A stretch of DNA of 64,000 nucleotides, taken from contig NW_027192220.1 of assembly GCF_041956535.1 (NCBI RefSeq), positions 241,922 to 305,921 of the forward strand, given 5' to 3'. Below, piece after piece: positions 24,348-35,557 of the stretch (the stretch's first letter is position 1; the number at the start of each line of letters is the position of its first letter). The notes under the pieces are model-generated. The model saw nothing but the letters and a program-made list of their open reading frames with translations. It searched no databases and was not told where the DNA came from. A program made the translations under genes and the position numbers. The stretch is from Calcarisporiella thermophila CBS 279.70. Its lineage: Eukaryota; Fungi; Calcarisporiellomycota.

Positions 24348-24629
24348 TGTTACCGGCGAAAGGAAGTTTGTGTGGAGGGGTATCCGGATCTTGATAGAAA
24401 TAAGAGATTTATCTTAATTATTCAGGGAATTGGTGTTGAACATTAAAATAAACCGAAGGGTTTAAATAGAATTGTGATCAAAGGAGAATAATTCTCACCG
24501 GTGTTCAAAGATGAGATAGATATGACAACAAAGTATCAATCAACATCAACAAGATAGCCATGAAGGAGTATAAGAGTAACCACGAGGGCGGCGAGTAACC
24601 ACGAGGGGTCGGCAACGTAGCGGTAATCA
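24348..24629 (-). mobile_element. Probable degenerate solo LTR (~282 bp)
   Basis: Termini TGTTACCG..CGGTAATCA (imperfect inverted repeat, TG..CA) with flanks ATTT/ATTC (3/4 TSD). Internal tandem duplication GAGTAACCACGAGGG x2, and a TATA-like CTATTTAAA on the minus strand. Confidence 0.45.
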
Positions 24630-24685
24630 ATTCTATTGGCTGCTCTACTTGAAAGATATCGCGCTTTCTGAATGTCTATGTGACT

Positions 24686-25022
24686 TTTTTTTTTGATCAA
24701 TCAATGGAAACTTTTATTTAATTTCCATATATTACATGAAGTTAATGTCAATGGACTTAACATAACGAGATATAGGTCCTTGATTGATAGACGTTCAATC
24801 GATATGCGTGTATCGTAGTTGTCGTGAATAGCATGTACGTGAAACCAATGTTATCTTTGTACTTATCGTAAGGGCGATCTTTTTCAATAATCAAGACTCA
24901 GCTTCTGATCAAGTGGATAGCAGCCACAAACTAAGAGTAAGTGCTGGTGGGTGAAGTGGGATTCGAACCCACGCCGTTCTCATCGGCATCCCAGGGATAG
25001 TCCACTACACTAACCCTCCCCC
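24686..25022 (-). mobile_element. tRNA-derived SINE (~337 bp) with poly(A) tail and 16-bp target-site duplication
   Basis: Head with A box TAGTGTAGTGG and B box GGTTCGAATCC, a unique body, a 3' stem-loop ATGGAAA..TTTCCAT and an A9-10 tail. Perfect direct repeats GAATGTCTATGTGACT at 24670-24685 and 25023-25038. No T4 run on the transcribed strand. Confidence 0.85.
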
Positions 25023-25103
25023 GAATGTCTATGTGACTGCCTCTGTGACTTCCCCGTACAAAAACTAATTATCTCGTAACAAACCCACGTAATATTTCGT
25101 CGA

Positions 25104-25176
25104 GGGGGACTAGCTCAAATGGTAGAGCGCTCGCTTAGCATGCGAGAGGCACCGGGATCGATACCCGGGTTCTCCA
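25104..25176 (+). tRNA. tRNA-Ala(AGC), identical inverted copy
   Basis: Same 73-nt sequence as 23835-23907. Shared flanks TCGA (5') and ATCATCATT (3'). Confidence 0.97.
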
Positions 25177-25913
25177 ATCATCATTCTTGTTTCTTTGTCT
25201 CTATGTTTTTTGTCCTTAATCAGAAATTATTTAATGTAGTAGAGATTAATCGTGGCCAAACAGAGAGGTCCTAGAGTGATACTCTTCGTAACTTCTTTAT
25301 CAAATATACGGAAAAACATTGTTACCGTGCGTGACACCGTTTTTTAGATAATATCAATTGAAACTTTATTTTGCTGGTAATTAATTAGGCTAAATGTTTG
25401 TAGAACTGCTATTCTCAAGCAAACTCCTCAAAAAAAAATGTGTTAACAAGTTTTGAGTTCAGATTGTTATTTTAAGAATTTGCGTTTTTATTGTTAGAGG
25501 GACTAAACAAACAGATGCAAAAAAAATCCAATGTTTGCAGAAAAAAGTACGACGAACTAAAGTGGCCATTTATATGAATTTACTCAGAACTGCCTAATAA
25601 AGGAGCAGAAATCTTTTCTCATAGTTCAGTGACCACACATAGTCGTGTTTTCTGTATATAACAGGAGGCGTGGGCAAAAAAAGGTGAAAATGACCTAGAA
25701 TAAAATGAAGCTTGAGCTAAAAACAATAGTCTTGTGCATAATGATACAATAATAGTCCAAAATTAGTATGGAATTGACTTGGCCGATGATTCATAATGCA
25801 GAGGAGTTGGGGAGGTTACATAGCGAGATGGCGGAATCTATTACAAGAAAAATGAAAGTCAATCGGAGGCTTAAATAGAAGATCCCCCATTTGAGTGTCG
25901 TGACTCAGGCATC

Positions 25914-26851
25914 ATGGCGACTTTCATTAGCGAAAGCTTTGATTCTGCGCGATATTCTGATAACCGGCCAGACTATACCGATACGCTTTTTGACAGCATA
26001 TATGCTTTTCACACCCGCAACGGAGGGACGGAGAACAAGTTCCGGGTGGCTCTCGATATTTGCACTGGAACCGGAAAACTAGCTCTTCGGCTAGCAGAAC
26101 GCTTTGAGTCAGTCTATGCAATCGATATATCAACCAAAATGCTAGAATCCGCTACCAAACATCCCAATATCCAATACTCTGTTAGCACAGCCGAGCACCT
26201 GGAATTTATGGATAACAGTGTCGACCTGATCACCATAGGCCAAGTATGGAGTTGACACTCCTTCCAGAGACGAAGACCACATTTAACTCTGATGCATGAT
26301 GCTATGTAGGCGCTGCACTGGGTCGATGCGAAACGGTTTTTTACCGAGGTGAAGCGGGTATTGCGTCCAGGTGGTACTCTAGCTGTGGTAGGGTATACAT
26401 TCGGTGAATCTCCTGACTTGCTAAGCTTGAAAGATCTTGTCCAGGAGCTTACTGGTGAAACCATGGGAGATTATTGGGGTAATGTGCGCTCTTCCCGAAA
26501 TTTCCCCAGCTTTTTCCATGACACATGTTTCCTTGCTTAGATCCCGAGATCAAGAGCCTTCTTGGGTATTATAATGATGTTGACTTTGGCTCATTTTTCA
26601 CACATGTAGAAAGGCATTACACCCCCATTCGTGGGAAGCACTTCGTTCAGAAACAGATGACTCTCAACTCATTTTGCGACTATATTAAGACACTGAGCGT
26701 TTATGATCCATTCATGCGAGCCCATCCTGGCATTGAAGATCCTGTGGAAAAGACGATGGCGAGAATTTCTCAAGTGGAGGGAATGACCGACTGGGACAAG
26801 CCATTCTTGGCGGTGTTTCCTGCCGTTCTCATTCTCACCTCCGACGAGTAA
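25914..26851 (+). CDS. Class I SAM-dependent methyltransferase, Tmt1/Crg1-like (copy 1, 3 exons)
   Basis: MATF..Y...RPDY, ALDICTGTG, STAEHLEF..SVDLITIGQ|ALHW and RVLRPGGTLA. Confidence 0.9.
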
Positions 26852-27493
26852 TTCGGTTCTGTTCCTGCGATATTACATAATTTTTGTTTGCTCGAGTTTT
26901 CCTTGAGCAAAGTGTAATAGAAAATGGTTGCTAATTTTGGATCTAAATTTATCCACAATGGGCTTAATATCTTTCTGTATTTGCCAGAGTTGAATGAAAT
27001 GAAACATCCTCTCTCTAAACTCTGTCTTTGCTTGATCGGTTATTTAATATAATGAGAGTATATCTTTAATCTTCAAAACGGATTAGTTGCCTTGAGTTCT
27101 CTTTAAAATAGTTTACTTTATTCTCTTATTATTCTCGGTTCTTGTAGCGGCCACTACTCATGCAGGGTATGGAATTATGGGCAATAATACATTCAACTTG
27201 GCCAATATAAATGAAGGGGCACTTCAATATCAACATTTTGCCAAAATTCTTTGTAATAATTCATACGAGCTGCCAAGACATTAATAGCGTTTATAAAAAT
27301 TACAAGTTCCAATATTATTATAATAGGTTTGGCATATTGAAGCTAAACTATTCGGACGGAATTAATTTTTTGCAAGAAGAAGAATCGGAAATTTCAAAGT
27401 CACATAAACCGAGCATGAGTCAATGATTTTTCTAATATAAAATTGGTTGTCTAGCTGTAGAATTCGAATCGTCATAATATCTTATTTTGGACT

Positions 27494-28454
27494 ATGGCTA
27501 CATTTTCCAACGCAGATTTCGACTCGACTCGGTACTCGGGGTATCGCCCCTATTATACCGAGGCTGTCTTTGATTTAATTTATGAATTCCATTCTCGTGA
27601 GTCGAAAAATAAGTTCGAGGTGGCGATCGACATTGGCTCAGGAACGGGACAAGTGGCAAGGCATCTTGCACAAAAGTTTGACGCAGTGCGTGCTACAGAT
27701 GCATCTGCAAAGATGCTAGAGTCTGCTGTGCAGCATCCCAAGATTCAATATTCAGTTGGGAGAGCTGAGCAGCTTGAATTTGAAGATGAGAGCGCCGATC
27801 TAATTACAATAGGCCAGGTATAGAAGCTTCCAGCTAGACTAGAGTTATTTGAAAGTTAATAGCTGAGTTCTTATACTCTGATTTTGCACCTGTGCATTCC
27901 AGGCCATCCATTGGGTCGACACGAAAAAGTTCTTCAGTGAGGTGAAGCGGGTATTGCGACCGGGTGGTACGCTCGCAGTTATTGGATACACCTTCTGTGC
28001 ATCACCAGACTTGCCAAGTTTGCATGAAATAGTAATGAAATTGGGCAATGGAATCCTGAACGATTACTGGGGTAATAAGTTTTTTGTTGGACTAATACAG
28101 CTTCCATGCGTTTTTATTAATGCTATCTGACCTTCTTCAGAGCCCGGAAGGCTTCTAGTAGACAATTACTATCGCGATATCGACTTTGGATCTGCTTTTT
28201 CGCACGTAGAACGTCACACAACTACCGCATTGGACAAGAAGCACTTTGTCGAGAAAGAAATGACGCTCAATACATTTTGTACCTACCTTAAGACGTGGAG
28301 CGCCTATCACAACTTCATGAAAGCTCACCCAGGCGTGGCAGACCCAGTTGAGGAGGCCGTGGCTATCATTGCTCAAAAGGATGGTGTTAGCGATTGGGAC
28401 AAGCCATTCATGGTGGTCTTTCCTGCCGTTCTTATCCTTGCCTCCAAGATTTGA
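27494..28454 (+). CDS. Tmt1/Crg1-like methyltransferase (copy 2, 3 exons)
   Basis: AIDIGSGTG, Q|AIHW, RVLRPGGTLA and YLKTWSAY; same intron positions as copy 1. Confidence 0.9.
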
Positions 28455-29208
28455 GATTCTTGAGTCTTGTTTTTATATCTGTTTACTTCAAGTCGTCTTG
28501 TCAATTAAAGGAATGTTATATCATGAATCCGAAGCGTGAAAAATCGTGTGTAAATGAGCTGAACTAGAATTTGGCATGCAAACTCAAGGTTAAATTTGAT
28601 ACTTGGGTATGATCATAAGAGATATCACCGAACATCATTATGCCTGAAATAGAGCACGTTTGGCGCATTTAGATGGGTGTCCCCTTAAAAAATATAGGGA
28701 AATAGGCGACTCCAGATCTGAATAGATAGACTGAATATAGAATAGAAGAATCATTATTTCAGAGCCACCAGCAGCAGATTAATGTTTTGTTTGATGAACT
28801 CAATATTAAGGGTAATAAATTTTGAAAACTTTTTAAATATCAAAATTTAGAAATTCAATTTTAAGATAATTGCTTATATAAATGAAGTAAGCATTATGGT
28901 AAGCTTTATGATAGATTAACTAATACAAAATTGCTATTACTGGGAGATTTGTAAGTTTTGAATGCGGTGTTTGAGGAGCAACTACATGCAATTGTAATTC
29001 TTTTGCACTAAAAAATATATTTCCTGAGATGGATATATATAGAACTATTAACTCTCAAGGATTGGCTATTATGCCAAAGATTTCTCCGGGAGAATTTGAT
29101 GAAATTTTAGATATTTCAGATATTTTCTAATTTTCTGGTTTTGAGAACTCCCTAATTGATCTGTCTAGCTGTGGAAATTGAGTCGGCAGAATTACTCGTA
29201 TTTTTACT

Positions 29209-30189
29209 ATGGCTACATTTTCCAATGCTGATTTTGACTCCACTCGGTACTCGGGGTATCGCCCCTATTATACCGAGGCTGTCTTTGATTTAATTTATGA
29301 ATTCCATTCTCGTGAGTCGAAAAATAAGTTCGAGTTGGCAATCGATATTGCCACAGGCACGGGTCAGGTGGCAAGGCATCTCGTTCAAAAGTTCGACGCA
29401 GTGCATGCTACAGATGCATCTGCAAAGATGCTAGAGTCTGCTGTGCAGCATCCCAAGATTCAATATTCAGTTGGGAGAGCTGAGCAGCTTGAATTTGAAG
29501 ATGAGAGCGCCGATCTAATCTCGATAGCCGAGGTATAGAAGCTTCCAGCTANNNNNNNNNNNNNNNNNNNNGACTAGAGTTATTTGAAAGTTAATAGCTG
29601 AGTTCTTATACTCTGATTTTGCACCTGTGCATTCCAGGCCATCCATTGGGTTGACACGAAAAAGTTCTTCAGTGAGGTGAAGCGGGTATTGCGACCGGGT
29701 GGTACGCTCGCAGTTATTGGATACACCTTCTGTGCATCACCAGACTTGCCAAGTTTGCATGAAATAGTAATGAAATTGGGCAATGGAATCCTGAACGATT
29801 ACTGGGGTAATAAGTTTTTTGTTGGACTAATACAGCTTCCATGCGTTTTTATTAATGCTATCTGACCTTCTTCAGAGCCTGGATGGCTTCTTGTAGACAA
29901 CCTTTATCGCGATATCGACTTTGAATCTGCTTTTTCGCACGTAGAACGTCACACAACTACCGCATTGGACAAGAAGCACTTTGTCGAGAATGAAATGACA
30001 CTCAATACATTTTGTGCTTTCCTTAAAACAGGGAGCGCCTATCACAACTTCATGAAAGCTCACCCAGGCGTGGCAGATCCAGCTGATGAGGTCGTGGCTA
30101 CCATTGCTCAAAAGGATGGTGTGAATGATTGGGACAAGCCATTCATGGTATTCTTTCCTGCCGTTCTTATCCTTGCCTCCAATAAGTGA
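29209..30189 (+). CDS. Tmt1/Crg1-like methyltransferase (copy 3; 20-N gap in intron 1)
   Basis: Near-identical to copy 2; AIDIATGTG, E|AIHW and FLKTGSAY. Confidence 0.88.
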
Positions 30190-30925
30190 GCTGTTTAAGC
30201 TTGTTATTTTTTCCATTGTACTTTGAATCAACTTGTCAATTAAAAGTGTTATATTATGGATTTGATGCGTGAAGACTAATTGTAAATGAGATTGTATTGG
30301 AATTTGTCACAGTAAACTCAAGGCTAAGTTCGATGCTCAAGTATGGTCATAAGAGATAGGAGTATCCCTTAATACCTAGCACAATTATGTCTGAATTAGT
30401 GCATTTGGATGGGTGTCCACTTGAAATAATATAAGGAAAAAAGGAGGTTCCAGATATGAACAGAAATACTAAACATAGATATGTAAGAATTAACGTTTCA
30501 TAGTTATCAGCAATCGATTAGTCTGTAAATACTGTGGGTAAAAATCCTCGAAATCACTATAAATAAATAGAATTTCTTTTTTTTTATGATAGTTGCTAAT
30601 GTAAATATAACACGTTTTATGACAAATTTTACGGTAAATTAACAAATACACAGTTGCTAGGAAAATTGAAAGTTTTGAAAGAGGGGGCGAATTCATGCGA
30701 TCGTAATTCTATTGCATCTAAAATTAATACCCTGAGATGGATATAAATAGAATTGTCAAATCTCGAGGATTGGCTATAATGTTAAAGATTTATCCGCAAG
30801 AGCTTTGAACAATGAATTTACAAAATGCTATTTATACTCAAGATTATTCTTTTTAGAAATTTCCTAGTGGATCTCTCAAGTTATAGAATTTCAAATCGCT
30901 AGAATACCCTTTTTTTTTTTTTACT

Positions 30926-32034
30926 ATGGCTACATTTTCCAATNNNNNNNNNNNNNNNNNNNNNNNNNNNNNNNNNNNNNNNNNNNNNNNNNNNNNNNNN
31001 NNNNNNNNNNNNNNNNNNNNNNNNNNNNNNNNNNNNNNNNNNNNNNNNNNNNNNNNNNNNNNNNNNNNNNNNNNNNNNNNNNNNNNNNNNNNNNNNNNNN
31101 NNNNNNNNNNNNNNNNNNNNNNNNNNNNNNNNNNNNNNNNNNNNNNNNNNNNNNNNNNNNNNNNNNNNNNNNNNNNNNNNNNNNNNNNNNNNNNNNNNNN
31201 NNNNNNNNNNNNNNNNNNNNNNNNNNNNNNNNNNNNNNNNNNNNNNNNNNNNNNNNNNNNNNNNNNNNNNNNNNNNNNNNNNNNNNNNNNNNNNNNNNNN
31301 NNNNNNNNNNNNNNNNNNNNNNNNNNNNNNNNNNNNNNNNNNNNNNNNNNNNNNNNNNNNNNNNNNNNNNNNNNNNNNNNNNNNNNNNNNNNNNNNNNNN
31401 NNNNNNNNNNNNNNNNNNNNNNNGGCTAGAGTTATTTGAAAGTTAATAGCTGAGTTCTTATACTCTGATTTTGCACCTGTGCATTCCAGGCCATCCATTG
31501 GGTCGACACGAAAAAGTTCTTCAGTGAGGTGAAGCGGGTATTGCGACCGGGTGGTACGCTCGCAGTTATTGGATACACTCTGTGTTCATCGCCAGACTTG
31601 CCGAGTTTGCATGAAACAGTATTGAAGCTGAGCAATAAACTCATGAATGGCTACTGCGGTACTGGATTGGACTAATACATCTTCCCTGCAGTTTTCCTAA
31701 CGCTACCTGACCTTCTTAAGAGCCTGGATGGCTTCTTGTAGACAACCTTTATCGCGATATCGACTTTGAATCTGCTTTTTCGCACGTAGAACGGCACATG
31801 GCTACTGCATTGGACAAGAAGCACTTTGTCGAGAATGAAATGACACTCAATACATTTTGTACCTACCTTAAGACGTGGGGCCCCTATCACAACTTCATGA
31901 AAGCTCACCCAGGCGTGGCAGATCCAGCTGATGAGGTCGTGGCTACCATTGCTCAAAAGGATGGTGTGAATGATTGGGACAAGCCATTCATGGTATTCTT
32001 TCCTGCCGTTCTTATCCTTGCCTCCAATAAGTGA
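30926..32034 (+). CDS. Tmt1/Crg1-like methyltransferase (copy 4; most of exon 1 in a gap)
   Basis: Starts MATFSN, then N-run 30944-31423. Exons 2-3 are near-identical to copies 2 and 3. Confidence 0.8.
30944..31423. other. Assembly gap (480 N); a second gap of 20 N lies at 29552-29571
   Basis: N runs inside the tandem methyltransferase array. Confidence 1.
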
Positions 32035-33845
32035 GCTGTTTAAGCTTGTTATTTTTTCCATTGTACTTTGAATCAACTTGTCAATTAAAAGTGTTATATT
32101 ATGGATTTGAAGCGTGAAAAATTAATTGTAAATGAGATTGTCTTGGTATTTTGTCACAGTAAACTCAAGGCTAAGTTCGATGCTCAAGTATGGTCATAAG
32201 AGATATGAGTATCAGTGGAAATGTAGCACCATTATATTTGAAATTAGGGGCGCGTTGACTACACTAGAATGCATACGCCTATCTGCTTTAGAAATCGCGG
32301 AGAGTATAATCATGGAGCTTAAGTTCATTGCATATCCCAATTAAGAAGTAGCGGATCCTACATGCAAAGAACTGATTGAGCCATCAATGCAAGTGAATTG
32401 GAATATCGGGGACTCTATTTATTATTGCAATTATGGCACGCTTAAAACATAGGTGTGGGTGTACTTGAGCTTTTTCAACGGCTATTATTTCCCTCGGATA
32501 TCTTGCGCACAAATATCAGAAACAACTCCCGCTTAAACCCCGCGTGACTGACGGGCAGGATTCCTATCACAGATCGAGGCTTATTTCGTAAGGTTGCACA
32601 ACCTTTAGTTAGTATTCTCATTTGACATCTTGGTAGCTTGCCTATTCACCTGAATTTTTGGTGAGTCCTCGATGAAGTTTTGCCTACGCTTGTACCCGTG
32701 GGAAGCTCCACCAGTCCTCTTTCTCTGCTTAAACCGGTTTCCCATAGATCGCTGCATGATAAATCTATCCCAGACGCTACCACTCGATTTGTATATGAAA
32801 TTTTCCTATTTTGGCTCGCTGACAAGCAATTTAGATTTGACCAATTCAAGCGTGGCAGTTATCCATTAGTTTGGATGGGATAAATTTGCATTTCAGCGCT
32901 CCTTTAGAAGCGCATGGCTGCTCAGGGCCATGCTTGGCAATCTTTTCATCCCTGCACCTCATCAAGCCTTGCATGTGCCGCGGTAAGACCTGAGCGTGGC
33001 TTGAACGACCTGAGCGGTCTGCAGCTCTGCATGTACTGTCAGAATGGCTCGCGCTCTTCGTGGGGTTGAGAGGCATTTTCTCCGCCAGCTTGGGCCCCCA
33101 CTGTGGATATTCAGGCGCATGCAGATGAGGCTTTCTGACGCAACGAGCGCAGGTTTCAAGGCGATGAACCCCCCTCCCCTACCAACTGATTGAGGAGGTT
33201 TACAGGTGGGAAGAGGGCCAGTGCGGACAGCCTAAGAGAAGACATGGGGCCGATGCGAAATCTCGGAAACAAGATCCCGGTGATCGGTGGGGCGCCATCT
33301 AACCGGGAATATCCTGTTCAGCCCTTTTGCTGCTCGCCGGCCGCAAAGAGAGCCTGTCTCGCTCCCATATGGAATTAGGTAATATTAATGCAGGAGAAAT
33401 TAAAAAGGAGGTGGGCCAATGGTTGGCCTGGGGGGCAGATCGTTTGTGCTCGTAGGTCGGCCGATAAGGTTTGGAATAAATTGAGAAACAGCTTAAATTT
33501 AGCAGAGCCACTGGAGTGGAGCCTTCAATTTCAGCTCATTTAGTGCACAGCTTCAGTGAGTGGTTGTGCCACGGCCGTGGGTTGGGCAAGGCGACTCAGA
33601 GCTGCGACACCGGTCAAACATTATGTTTCAGATCCTCTGGAAATACACAGGCCATTTAAATAGTCCTCCCCGCACGTCCTCCGCTGAATCTCTGGATTTC
33701 CCTGGCGTGCTCATTAACTCATTCGCTTACTCATTCGCTTGCTCATTCTCTAATTGCATTCTCTTGTTCGGGGCTATTTTCCTCTTGCTGCATAGAATAG
33801 CAGTCGCTCTAGGGCAAATACCGACAATAGAAGAGAAAAAATAAG

Positions 33846-34955
33846 ATGAAAGCCTATCTATACGACAATCTTCCTGGGGACCAGAGGCTCCCTCATCAAA
33901 TGCTACCTAGCTTTCCAGTCAGTATTGACGATTTGAGGCGGCTGGGCGTGCTTTACTATAAGTTGGATGGCATGGACGCCCTCGAGCGAGTGGAGGATAT
34001 CTGTCAGGAGAGAGAATATAAAAACAGAGACGAGGTACCATTTTTTCATTGATCAAATTATTAGTCTCCTGCCCATCTTCTTAACTCACATTTTTGGTCC
34101 CAGATCACCATTTCAAAAGAGTACATGGGAGAAAAATACGAAAGTATGATATCCATATTCTTTGAAGAGTAGGTTCATCTGCTGTCTTTATCCTGGTTGA
34201 ACTTTGTGCCCTGAACGGATTAAATCCTCTATAGACATATGCATGACGACGAAGAGATTCGGTATATCCTGGATGGTTCGGGATATTTCGACGTCCGCGA
34301 TCTTTATGATCGGTGGGTACGCATCCGAGTAGAGCCTGGTGATCTTCTTATCCTGGTAAGCGTCCTGATCAATATCCCTCGGAGACTTCTCCCCTCACGA
34401 CTTTTCCTTTTACTATGTGGTGAATTCAGCCGGCGGGAATATATCATAGATTTACACTCGATACGAATAACTATATTAAAGCAATGCGATTATTTAAAGA
34501 GAATCCTATCTGGAAAGCCATAAAGAGTAGGCATTCTTTCCACTTGGGGTTAGGGGCGATTATCACTAATATGCCAATTTTTTTTTTTTTCAGGACCAGC
34601 CGAAGACAACCCTGCGCGACAGGCCTATGTCAGGTCAATTGGCCTAATCATCAACACCACACCTGCATTCCATGATCCTTATGATGACGATCCCGACGAT
34701 TTCCTCGAGAAATTACTCTATCCTTCAGATATGCATCTCCTCTGGAGGAACTACCGTGACCCATACATGGAAGATATACCACCAATGCAAGGAACCTATC
34801 ACGCCTACAATCCAATGCCAAAAACTATCATCCACGACCGCGCTCGTGCCTCCTATAAATACCAACCGGGCTATTTGTCGGAGAAGCGTTGCTCTCCGCA
34901 AGACGACAAGCAAAAGAAGCATCGGTTGAAGTTACGCTCTTGTTTTGGGTTCTAA
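33846..34955 (+). CDS. ADI1: Acireductone dioxygenase (methionine salvage) with C-terminal extension, 5 exons
   Basis: GDQRLPH, YKNRDE, FFEE|[33 protein letters not shown] and AMRLF. The last exon runs [18 protein letters not shown]. Confidence 0.93.
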
Positions 34956-35557
34956 GTCCTTTTTTATAGCAGTTGATTTCAAGCGGTTTCTGTATTTTAA
35001 TTAGCACTACGATTTTATTTAATTTTCATATCGCACTCTATTTCCTTAATCTCCGTTCCCTGATTTTCCTCGGTCACAAATTGCACGTATGAATATAGGT
35101 TACCATAGGTTTTCAATAGAACAGTGGTGATAAATATTTCACTTTTGAGAGCTTTGATTCTTGAAGTTTTTTCTTGATCTTAGTTTGAGGTGGAGAGATG
35201 CCCCGTCCTTCCGAGACAAAGCAAACAAGTTCAGGAGTTTCCCTTAATAACAAGAAACACGTATTTGTGCTTGAGTCTAGTGGTCGAGGCATCCTTACCC
35301 GTGATAATACGCATAACAAACATGAGTTGAATTCAACGATGAATGTTAGATACACATATAGAGATGATGATCCAATGGCATAACCATGGGGAAGAAAATT
35401 GGGCTACCTGCTCATTTTCATTTTTTCCTCTTGTGAATGCCATTTTTCTGATTATAAAGTGTATCTCTCTATTATTATTCACTGTAAATTAGTTTATAAA
35501 TAGAAATCAAAATCGAAAGCATGGATGCCGATTATATGGAGGCGGATATGTCAAAGC

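Noticed and set aside
24941-25022. Functional tRNA (Leu/Ser/Sec) gene
   Set aside because: No proper anticodon arm, a mismatched acceptor stem and no T-run terminator; poly(A) and TSD show it is a SINE head.
30899-31498. Long ORFs containing X runs
   Set aside because: Artefacts of the N gap.
25914-34955. Metabolic cluster linking the methyltransferases to ADI1
   Set aside because: Methyltransferases yield SAH whereas ADI1 recycles MTA, so adjacency is likely incidental.
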